From: Candidatus Geocrenenecus sp. JGI 0000106-J15
Lineage (GTDB): Archaea; Thermoproteota; Nitrososphaeria_A; Caldarchaeales; Wolframiiraptoraceae
Length of the DNA: 24,000 nucleotides
Reading direction: 5' to 3'
Assembly: GCA_000405685.1 (NCBI GenBank)
Contig: ASPF01000025.1
Span: forward strand, 5,347 to 29,346
A model generated the notes under the pieces. That model had not been told where the DNA came from and did not search any database. It was given only the letters and a program-made list of their open reading frames with translations. The position numbers were made by a program, and so were the translations under genes. This document shows positions 17,070 through 24,000 of the stretch, in pieces. The first letter of the stretch is position 1. Every line of letters begins with the position of its first letter.

Positions 17070-17365
17070 ATGGAGTTATTTGAGCTTAGTGATTTTGAGT
17101 AGGAGATCATTAAGCATCTACTACCTCCTAAGTCTAGGGTTGGTAGGACTAGGGCTAATGATAGGATAGTCTTGAACGGTATACTAGACATACCTACTAT
17201 TGGTAGGAAGCAGTAACCTACAATACTGAGCTATATAAGAAGATGAGAAGCGCTGTAGATAGATTCTTCGGATGGCGAAAATCATTTAGAAGAATAATTA
17301 TAAGGTATGAGGGGCCAGCATCAACATACAAAGCTGTATGTAAAATGCTAAACCAAGAATCTTAA
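17070..17365 (+). mobile_element. Internally deleted, inactivated IS5-family (IS427/DUF4096-DDE_Tnp_1 type) transposase relic
   Basis: N-terminal remnant 17070-17217: MELFELSDFE*EIIKHLLPPKSRVGRTRANDRIVLNGIL, matching LSDxEWxxIxxLLPPxxxxGRPRxxDRxxLNGIL, with the conserved Trp codon now TAG at 17100-17102. C-terminal remnant 17243-17365: VDRFFGWRKSFRRIIIRYEGPASTYKAV, matching ERFFgxLKxFRRIATRYEK. The catalytic core is missing and the two pieces are in different frames. Confidence 0.6.
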
Positions 17366-17512
17366 GCTCCAGAGGAGCTTTATTCTTCTTAAAAATGTCT
17401 ATGCCCTCAACGAGAGACGTAGTATCAACATGAGAGAAGTCACAACAGGAAGATGTATAAACCTTACATTGCTACGTCCGATTAGGAGGAATATTAATAT
17501 AGGACCGGGGCC

Positions 17513-19177
17513 ATGGTTCACTGTTTAAGATTGAGAAAAGTAGTCCAAGTTTTCTTGGTACTCTCGATTTTTGCAACTCTGATCTTAAGTGCGATAAGCG
17601 ATGAATATGGTCCTCCTATGCCGAGCGACGATTTTATAGAGAACGCCGCCGAAGAGTACTTCCTCGAATTAAAACAACCAAAATTTTCACCTGAAGACGA
17701 AGAATTATATGCTGGTCTCGTAGGTTATGAGATTAGGAGAGTTCATAATGTAACTCAAGTGTCATCACCTCGACCGAAGGTTTGTATCTACAATGAGGTT
17801 CTTTTTATTGGACACTGGGAAGAAGGCTCGTATGGTGCGGAAGTATATGGAGACAGACCTATCGGATCGCTTGACCGTTTTTACGATTCGAATGAAGGAG
17901 ATTATTATTGGAAATTCTCTATGGTAGGTGTAGTTGCTTCTGGATACTCAAACATGGGTTTTAAGCCAGGATGGTTTATCAACCCAGATTGGGGGGATAA
18001 GGTTTATGCGTGGTGGTGCTATTCCAAGGATTCGGACGGTAGTGAAGACGATGGCTCTTATGATGGTGAAGATGGTAGCTCTTATGACGGTGAAGACAGT
18101 GTATCAGACGACTTCCCCCTCGAGATTATTGTGGGTCTCACTGTACTTGTTACGGTGATCGCTGGAGTAGGTCTTTTCGTGATATCCCTAGTTTCAGGGA
18201 AGAAGACAGGCTCCATGACAAAAACCCAGATTCACCCGCCGCCACCTCCACCACCATTCTCAGCCGAAGCGGCTCCCCAAGTACAACTTGCAGAACAACC
18301 GTATTCAGAGATCGACCCTGACGTCAAGAGATGGATAGAGAATATCCCTGTGTACCCTGGCTACTGGTATGTCACGCCTGACGGCAAATATGTGACTAAC
18401 ACGATAAATCCTGACTACACGATACCTGTTGAGTGGGTAAAAGGTACATCAACTGAACCACTAGCAGAGCTATTCTCCACACCAGTCCCCAATATGCAGC
18501 ATAGAGTGTTTTCAAGCAGAATAACGGCATTGATAAAACGCAATAACCCTGAGCTCCTCGACAAACTTACTCTAGGCTCATGGCGTAAGCTTGACGGAGA
18601 CCAGCAGAGGAGTGTCTTGGAGAAGTTTGCAGACAATCTAGCGGAGCAAGTGGGGATGCCACAGATAAAAGTAGAACTCGATCCCGAGTTAGATTATGGT
18701 GCCGCATATGACTGGAATTCCAAGCCTCCGAGAATTCTTATCAATCCTAAATCTATGAACTGTCCAGCTGAGGCGATCCGAGTCGTCACCCATGAGTTCC
18801 AGCATTATGTCCAACATACCGCCCCTGAGAAGATAGTCGGCGGCACACCAGAATACATAGACGCATTAAAGAAGAATTGTGATAATTATATCCATCACAG
18901 TGATGATCCTGTACGCTATGCGGGTCAGCTTTGGGAAAGGGATGCAGAAAACATGGCCAGAATAATGCGAGAGAAGATCAACAAGGCGGCATATCGGCAG
19001 AAGCTTGAAGAGCTTGTTGAGGTTGTATGGGGTAAGGAAGGGCTTGAAATTCTCAATAAGCTCAACAAAACAGAAGCTGAGAAAAAGCTCGATAAAATTT
19101 TTGACACTGTTTTCGGTAAGGAAGGGGCCGATATTCTTCCCAGACAGCATCCTTCAAAGAAAGGGCGTAGCAGGTGA
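17513..19177 (+). CDS. Single-pass (type I-like) membrane protein: signal/anchor, aromatic-rich ectodomain, acidic repeats, TM helix, poly-Pro linker, and a cytoplasmic domain with an HExxH minimal-zincin motif
   Basis: N-terminal RLRK plus VVQVFLVLSIFATLILSAIS; DGSEDDGSYDGEDGSSYDGEDSVSDD; TM helix LEIIVGLTVLVTVIAGVGLFVISLV followed by GKKTG (positive-inside); HPPPPPPPF; and PPRILINPKSMNCPAEAIRVVTHEFQHYVQH (HExxH after a beta-strand, like SprT/DUF4157). The C-terminal region has a repeated (W/F)GKEG(L/A)(E/D)IL. The DNA is GC-richer than its flanks. Confidence 0.6.
   Translation: MVHCLRLRKVVQVFLVLSIFATLILSAISDEYGPPMPSDDFIENAAEEYFLELKQPKFSPEDEELYAGLVGYEIRRVHNVTQVSSPRPKVCIYNEVLFIGHWEEGSYGAEVYGDRPIGSLDRFYDSNEGDYYWKFSMVGVVASGYSNMGFKPGWFINPDWGDKVYAWWCYSKDSDGSEDDGSYDGEDGSSYDGEDSVSDDFPLEIIVGLTVLVTVIAGVGLFVISLVSGKKTGSMTKTQIHPPPPPPPFSAEAAPQVQLAEQPYSEIDPDVKRWIENIPVYPGYWYVTPDGKYVTNTINPDYTIPVEWVKGTSTEPLAELFSTPVPNMQHRVFSSRITALIKRNNPELLDKLTLGSWRKLDGDQQRSVLEKFADNLAEQVGMPQIKVELDPELDYGAAYDWNSKPPRILINPKSMNCPAEAIRVVTHEFQHYVQHTAPEKIVGGTPEYIDALKKNCDNYIHHSDDPVRYAGQLWERDAENMARIMREKINKAAYRQKLEELVEVVWGKEGLEILNKLNKTEAEKKLDKIFDTVFGKEGADILPRQHPSKKGRSR
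18050..18094 (+). repeat. Imperfect tandem coding repeat (gatggctcttatgatggtgaa / gatggtagctcttatgacggtgaa) encoding DGSYDGE / DGSSYDGE
   Basis: Read directly. It lies just outside the predicted TM helix. Confidence 0.7.
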
Positions 19178-19181
19178 TATC

Positions 19182-19967
19182 ATGCAGGCAAACCAGATCC
19201 CTTCATGGGTTCCTGAAAAGTCGAGGAAACTGATCTGGAAGATAGCATCTGCGCTTAAAGAGCTTGGATACAGCGAGGGACCCATGCTCTGGGACGCTGC
19301 AAGACGTATGGCCATTACGCCAGCCCTGACCGAAGACATGTTTGCATACATCGCAGCTGGAAAGCCGAAAGTTGAAGCGGGACAGCCGAGTCCCCGCATG
19401 CTCTCGAGACAACTTCCAGGAAACTACACAGTAGCATCCCTCATGCTAGATCTTGGACTGAGCCCTGCAGGCGCCTTCCTACTAGGTGCAGAACTAGTAA
19501 ACAATACTCCAGCCGCCTTAAAGATGATAGAGAAAATGATCGAGGAAGGTTACTGCATAATGCTTCCAGACGGAAAGAGAGCTCTAGTCTATCCACCAAT
19601 CTCAGAAAAATATCCGTCATGTCCTAACTGCGGCATGAGATGGATAAGGAAATATGAGAACTGCCCCACATGCGGATACAACGAGAAATACAAGCAGATC
19701 GACCTCGGCCAGCTTCCAGAAAGTGTAAAAGAGATGATCAGAAAAGAGCTATTGGGGGATATAAGTAAAGGCCCAGACCAGACAGAGAAATGCCCCTCTT
19801 GCGGTGCACCCATAAAAGCTGGGGATAAAATCTGTGAGACCTGCGGTGCGACGGTTAAGCAACCTGTCCAGCGAAGATCCGCACCTCGATTCTGCGAAAA
19901 ATGTGGAGCAAAGCTACGGAAGGGTGCAAGATTCTGTGAAATGTGTGGTGCGCCTGTCCGTGCCTAG
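19182..19967 (+). CDS. Helical N-terminal domain protein with three C-terminal zinc ribbons (CPxCG-type / double-zinc-ribbon-like)
   Basis: ATG 19182 lies 4 nt after the upstream stop (19175-19177). The track ORF from 19005 would overlap the upstream gene by 173 nt. Ribbons: CPNCG-x12-CPTCG; CPSCG-x10-CETCG; CEKCG-x10-CEMCG. Confidence 0.6.
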   Translation: MQANQIPSWVPEKSRKLIWKIASALKELGYSEGPMLWDAARRMAITPALTEDMFAYIAAGKPKVEAGQPSPRMLSRQLPGNYTVASLMLDLGLSPAGAFLLGAELVNNTPAALKMIEKMIEEGYCIMLPDGKRALVYPPISEKYPSCPNCGMRWIRKYENCPTCGYNEKYKQIDLGQLPESVKEMIRKELLGDISKGPDQTEKCPSCGAPIKAGDKICETCGATVKQPVQRRSAPRFCEKCGAKLRKGARFCEMCGAPVRA

Positions 19968-20204
19968 AAAGCATTCAGTGTAGACCAGCTACTTCACGTT
20001 AATCTTTACGCTCTGAGTATATTTTTCAACCAGCCAACAGCAGCTGGATATCTAGCATTAATGGCAGGTATAGAAACTGGTCTTAAATGTATCTTAGATG
20101 TGTATATCATTTCATATTTTTATGTTAATCTTCTCTGTGACTACGGGGATATCTATAATACTTAAGGCTGTAATAGATCCTTTGACCGGGATAAGTGGTA
20201 GGTC

Positions 20205-21098
20205 ATGGATGATGCTGGATTAGATGCTTTAAGAAGAGCTGGTAGGATAGCAAGGAAAGTTAGAGAAAAATCTCTAAGTATTGTTAGAGAAGGTGTAAGC
20301 TTGATCGATGTATGTAGTCTTCTTGAAGGGTTGATTCTAGATGAAGGTGCTAAGCCAGCTTTCCCATGTAATATCTGTATAAACGATGTAGCTGCACATT
20401 ATACACCTACAATAGGAGATAGATCAATAATTCCTCCTAGATCTCTTGTTAAAATAGATATAGGTGTATGCGTTGATGGTTATATCGCTGATACTGCTAT
20501 AACTATATCCCTGGATTCATATTTACAGCCAATAGTTGAAGCAGTTAACACTGCATTACTTGAAGCTGTGAAGATCATTAAACCTGGTGTGCAAACCTCT
20601 ACTATAGGAGGGGTTATCCAGCGTGTTATCACTAGTAGAGGATTTAAACCTATAAGGAATCTAACAGGTCATGAGATTACTAGATATAATCTACATGCAG
20701 GTCTCTCTATACCTAATATCCAGATAGCGAGAGGTGAGAAGCTCGAATTAAACCATGTATACGCTATAGAGCCTTTTGCAACAATGAGTGATGGTGGAGG
20801 AGAAGTAGTCTCATCAAATACTACTACGATCTATAGATTAAATGTTGGAAAGTTTAAACTTGAGAAGCTTGAAGAAGAAAGAAAGCTTCTAGAATTCATC
20901 TATGAAAGATTCAACGGTCTACCATATACGCCTAGATGGATACCTGACTTCGAGAAGCTTAGTAAAATACATGATAAGATTGTTAGGCTGGGAAAGATCT
21001 ATTCATATCCTGTATTAGTTGAAAGAAAAGGTAGGCCTGTATCTCAAGCTGAGCATACAGTAATAGTCACAGAAAAAGGATGTGAGGTCATTACCTAG
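20205..21098 (+). CDS. map: Methionine aminopeptidase, type 2 (archaeal)
   Basis: AAHYTP, DIGVCVDGYIADTA, NLTGHEI, YAIEPFAT and AEHTVIVT: the metal-ligand blocks in canonical order. Confidence 0.95.
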   Translation: MDDAGLDALRRAGRIARKVREKSLSIVREGVSLIDVCSLLEGLILDEGAKPAFPCNICINDVAAHYTPTIGDRSIIPPRSLVKIDIGVCVDGYIADTAITISLDSYLQPIVEAVNTALLEAVKIIKPGVQTSTIGGVIQRVITSRGFKPIRNLTGHEITRYNLHAGLSIPNIQIARGEKLELNHVYAIEPFATMSDGGGEVVSSNTTTIYRLNVGKFKLEKLEEERKLLEFIYERFNGLPYTPRWIPDFEKLSKIHDKIVRLGKIYSYPVLVERKGRPVSQAEHTVIVTEKGCEVIT

Positions 21099-21159
21099 AC
21101 AATTGAACCTTTCTCCCCTAAACCTAGAACTTGTCGATCATAGAAATAAGTAGATTTAG

Positions 21160-22503
21160 CTATTCTTGTTTTTCTAGGATAGCCCACTTAACTCCTTTTC
21201 CTAAATGCTTCGTCTTCTCCCAGAAAACTTCTTTAAATATTTCTTGGTAGAATGCTCTTAATGCTGCGAGCGGCATCATAAAATTCATGTAGTATATCAT
21301 GTGAGGGATATACTTAACCAAAGTTTTCGCCGTGCCTATTTTTTCCAATATTGCTCCAGCTATCCATGTGTAATAGTAGATAACATTAAAAGAGAGAGGA
21401 AGTATTACCCACCATGGGAAAAGGTCTACTGTTAGTTTAAAAGGAACTATACCCAGATATTCAAGTGACCAGTATATCGTCATACTGTATGCAACCCAAT
21501 TTAAGACAACGATTAATGGAGCGATAAGCATAAAGATTATAGATAAAGTATTGATGAACCCTATCCTCCTTGTTACCGAAGGTACAGAAAGCATAATTAG
21601 ATATTTTATGAGACTCTGTATCCACCCTCTAAACCATCTAGTTCTCTGTCTTAGCCAAGCCTTGAAATTTGTAGGAGCTTCTTCCCAATGTCTTGCATCT
21701 ATGACTATCGTCCTCCTCTTAGATAGATAGAATCTTATTGCTACCTCGGCGTCTTCAGCTAGATTTAATGGATCCCATCTACCGATTTCTCTTATCAGAG
21801 ATGCTTTAAAGTAGTTTCCAGTCCCACCTAATGGTGTGTATAAACCTAGTTTTGATCTTCCATTAAGCATCACCCTAAACCATCCTGCATACTCCATTGA
21901 AAACATCTTCGTTATCCAGTTATCTTCTTGGTTACTTATACGTAGGATTACCTGTACAGATTCTATGTTGTAGTTCTCAATTGCAGATGCAACCTTCAAG
22001 AATGTATCATGCTCAGGTATATCTTCTACATCTATGATACCTATTATTTCCCCTGTACATAGAGAGAGTGAATCGTTTAATGCACTAGGCTTTGTGGCGA
22101 AGTATGCTCTCCTAACCAATGGTTTAACATTTCTTGGGTAGAGCTGAGAGTACCATGTTGCTATTCTCTCTCCTACAGGATCCTCTGTTACAATTACTAT
22201 TTCCTTGCTATCTCTCGGATATTCTATATGGTTTAAGCAGACATCAATCGTTCTAGAAAGGATCGGCTCATCCCTGGCTGGTAGTATGAGAGAAATCTTA
22301 GAATGTCTCCGTGGATTTACTCCAGGATTAAAAGGTCTCTTTAACCCATATGTTATAATTATGATGTGGTAAACTCCCCATAAAGTGTAGATTAATGTGA
22401 GGCTATAAGCAATAAATAGGAGTGATGGTTTAGGGAGTATAATTAAGGCTAATAGTAGTATCGAGACAGAGGCTAAGAAGACTATGGGTCTAGTTCTCAT
22501 CAT
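21160..22503 (-). CDS. Membrane-embedded processive family-2 glycosyltransferase (cellulose/chitin/PNAG-synthase-like)
   Basis: Two N-terminal TM helices, then a GT-A domain (ILPARDE, IIDVEDIP as the DxD-like motif, LAEDAEV as the ED motif) and QRTRWFRGW (the Q(R/Q)xRW processivity motif), then about 4 C-terminal TM helices. Confidence 0.8.
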   Translation of the reverse strand: MMRTRPIVFLASVSILLLALIILPKPSLLFIAYSLTLIYTLWGVYHIIIITYGLKRPFNPGVNPRRHSKISLILPARDEPILSRTIDVCLNHIEYPRDSKEIVIVTEDPVGERIATWYSQLYPRNVKPLVRRAYFATKPSALNDSLSLCTGEIIGIIDVEDIPEHDTFLKVASAIENYNIESVQVILRISNQEDNWITKMFSMEYAGWFRVMLNGRSKLGLYTPLGGTGNYFKASLIREIGRWDPLNLAEDAEVAIRFYLSKRRTIVIDARHWEEAPTNFKAWLRQRTRWFRGWIQSLIKYLIMLSVPSVTRRIGFINTLSIIFMLIAPLIVVLNWVAYSMTIYWSLEYLGIVPFKLTVDLFPWWVILPLSFNVIYYYTWIAGAILEKIGTAKTLVKYIPHMIYYMNFMMPLAALRAFYQEIFKEVFWEKTKHLGKGVKWAILEKQE

Positions 22504-23467
22504 TCATAACTACACTATGTAGAGAGGTAAGCTCTCGTATAATCTTATCTTTCGAACTCTCTAAATCATCTATTTTTATTATTTTAATCTTCTCTGGATT
22601 CAGTATCTTCTCAAGCTCAGGTTTAAAATCAGAAGGTAAAATTAAGAACATAATTGAGTTTGGTACGTCTACAGCTTCGATCACCATCATGAATGGGTAT
22701 CTCTCATCTATTTCTCCACTTAAGCCAAATTCTACAATTATAGATGGGCTACCATCAATAAATATCGGTATGGTGTATGTTGTTCCACTTATACCTTTAA
22801 CGTGCTTAAATCCTTCAGCTCTTAGACCATGTAATGTAAGTTCTCTAACTAAGTCTTCTACAACATTATAGATTGGCAGTAGCTTCTTAATCTCATTCGA
22901 TAACTTGTAGATTGGATATTTCTTAATCGTTAATTCATCTACTTTATTTTTATGTCCTTTCTCACAGATTAACCAGATTAACGGTATCTGGAAGATCGAT
23001 CTACAATCTCTGCAGATATAGCCGAAGCCTGGTCTACCATAATCGATCCCAACTCTCTTTAATTCTTTCCCACATTTTGGGCATCTATACAGCCTCGACT
23101 GGCTCTGCATAAATTCTTCTTCTGAACCCATATAGTTACAATCATAGTGTACCATTAACTCTTTCTTCTCAATGTTGTTTGAGCTGCAGTCAGGGCAGAC
23201 TATCAATGGTCGGATGCAGACATCCTCACATATATTGCATGCTGGTAGAGAAACATCTTTCACTACTTCTATGTAGCCTCTTTCTAGATAGTATTTCATC
23301 TTCTCCTCGGGTACTTCTATACCGAATAAGTCATAAACTACACCCAGCCCTTGCCTAATCTCTGGTTTAAACTCTACATCCCTATTTTCAGTTGTCGCTC
23401 TATATGCTGATGAAAAGAAATGCTTATCGAGAGACTCCGCCCAATGGTATATCTTTGATACCTCCAA
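22490..23467 (-). CDS. Multi-zinc-ribbon protein, TackOD1-like, with an uncharacterised C-terminal alpha/beta domain
   Basis: CNIC..x10..CPDC, HYDCNYMGSEEEF, CPKCGKELKRVGIDYGRPGFGYICRDC..FQIP..ICEKGH, then GISGTTYTIPIFIDG. TTG start with a TTTATAT box about 24 nt upstream. The 3' end overlaps the GT2 gene start by 14 nt. Confidence 0.5.
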   Translation of the reverse strand: MEVSKIYHWAESLDKHFFSSAYRATTENRDVEFKPEIRQGLGVVYDLFGIEVPEEKMKYYLERGYIEVVKDVSLPACNICEDVCIRPLIVCPDCSSNNIEKKELMVHYDCNYMGSEEEFMQSQSRLYRCPKCGKELKRVGIDYGRPGFGYICRDCRSIFQIPLIWLICEKGHKNKVDELTIKKYPIYKLSNEIKKLLPIYNVVEDLVRELTLHGLRAEGFKHVKGISGTTYTIPIFIDGSPSIIVEFGLSGEIDERYPFMMVIEAVDVPNSIMFLILPSDFKPELEKILNPEKIKIIKIDDLESSKDKIIRELTSLHSVVMNDEN

Positions 23468-23624
23468 ATATAAGATACAATATGCTAAGACATATAAATT
23501 CTTAACGCTACCTTACAATATTGTTTTTACTTTTCTGCACCAGAGTAGCGGATGACTGCAAAAATGTTAATTATAAAATAGTGTTTAGATGCGCCTCTTT
23601 GCAGATCTGTAATTCTTGGAGATA

Positions 23625-23837
23625 CTATTTCTCTCTTTCTTTTAGTTGTCTATCTTCCACGTATATTCCTGTTATAAACATCTTGCTTGAACCGCATTTC
23701 GGGCATTTCTCTTCTACTTCTTTGAAGACATAGTCTCCGTCTCTAAATGGTCTAGAGTTCTCAGTATTACATGAGAAGCACGTTAGATGCGTTAACGGCT
23801 GGATAAATTCTCTAAATTGCGGTCTCTGTGGAAACAT
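23625..23837 (-). CDS. Small zinc-ribbon protein (CxxC...CxxC), function unknown
   Basis: 70-aa ORF containing CFSCN-x22-CPKCG. It is on the same strand as the downstream Zn-ribbon/GT2 genes. Confidence 0.4.
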   Translation of the reverse strand: MFPQRPQFREFIQPLTHLTCFSCNTENSRPFRDGDYVFKEVEEKCPKCGSSKMFITGIYVEDRQLKEREK

Positions 23838-23918
23838 TACCCATACACTCTCTACATAGACAGACTTGGCTACTAATATACTTTGGATTATGCTCTTTTA
23901 TAAAGTGGTTAAAAATGT

Positions 23919-24000
23919 CTATGTTATTCCTATTCCTACTGAGTTTCCTATTCCTGCAACGATAACCGTGCCTCCTTCCTCTATCTTCTCTGTGATTATC
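23919..24000 (-). CDS. 3' end of an unidentified gene running off the window edge
   Basis: The reverse strand reads ..IITEKIEEGGTVIVAGIGNSVGIGIT*, with the stop (TAG) at 23919-21. Only 26 codons are visible. Confidence 0.25.
   Translation of the reverse strand, partial: IITEKIEEGGTVIVAGIGNSVGIGIT

Noticed and set aside
16960-17520. Terminal inverted repeats or a target-site duplication for the IS relic.
   Set aside because: Only a weak similarity was seen (gagcttagtgatt near 17082 versus gagcttaagatt on the opposite strand near 17358-17369), and it lies inside the coding remnant. That is not convincing without an intact reference copy.
18232-18258. The poly-proline-encoding ccgccgccacctccaccacca tract as a slippage or programmed-frameshift site.
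   Set aside because: The reading frame continues uninterrupted into a long conserved-looking domain, and no alternative-frame ORF of significance starts there.
19005-19181. N-terminal extension of the zinc-ribbon gene, as drawn in the ORF track (start 19005).
   Set aside because: It would overlap the last 173 nt of the upstream 554-aa gene in another frame and encodes a Lys/Ser/Phe-rich sequence. ATG 19182 lies 4 nt after the upstream stop and gives a sensible N-terminus.
162-23733. Many track ORFs lie antisense to or inside stronger genes. They are 162..443-, 674..877-, 1836..2072-, 2304..2726+, 2796..2999+, 5164..5379-, 6522..6749-, 6644..6868+, 8163..8564+, 8291..8479+, 9520..9861+, 10298..10618-, 10841..11035-, 11907..12299+, 12810..13202+, 13251..13490+, 14197..14430+, 14961..15290-, 16197..16388+, 17934..18158+, 18415..18636-, 18866..19150-, 18925..19107-, 19154..19399-, 19203..19412-, 19589..19813-, 22689..22871+ and 23521..23733+.
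   Set aside because: Each overlaps a longer ORF with clear family motifs on the other strand or frame. Their products are low-complexity (Ser/Leu/Pro-rich) with no motifs, as expected for shadow ORFs.
1-24000. CRISPR arrays, rRNA genes, integrases or complete mobile elements.
   Set aside because: I saw no regularly spaced direct repeats, no rRNA-like sequence, and no integrase, recombinase or intact transposase ORF anywhere in the window.

Overview
The window is AT-rich (roughly 30-40% GC by hand counts) and looks like a TACK/crenarchaeal-type archaeal chromosome. Evidence for this is ribosomal protein S26e, an Ard1-type N-acetyltransferase, an archaeal/eukaryal-type TrpRS, a tRNA-Tyr with a 43-nt intron at the canonical 37/38 position, and TATA-like boxes about 25 nt upstream of start codons.

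Most of the window is housekeeping: sucCD, heme O synthase, trpS, map, a ThyX-like gene, an M50 site-2 protease, a PPP phosphatase, an MscS-like channel, a nitroreductase and a Tes-like radical SAM enzyme.

Four things stand out.
1. A roughly 3-kb GC-richer insertion lies between trpS and map (about 17070-20060). It begins with an internally deleted IS5-type transposase relic. It carries a tightly coupled gene pair: a single-pass membrane protein with a cytoplasmic HExxH (minimal zincin) module, and a protein with three consecutive zinc ribbons. This is my best candidate for an undescribed system.
2. A multi-zinc-ribbon (TackOD1-like) protein overlaps the start of a processive GT2 polysaccharide synthase by 14 nt.
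3. A ThyX-like protein of about twice normal length has two complementary, partly degenerate ThyX halves.
4. A GC-rich ACR3 arsenite-pump region at the left edge is followed by an Fe-S-domain pseudogene. The pseudogene carries a 1-nt deletion, an in-frame TAG and a perfect 13-bp tandem duplication.

I saw no CRISPR array, rRNA or integrase. All family assignments come from motif recognition by eye, with no database search. Hand-derived coordinates may be off by 1.
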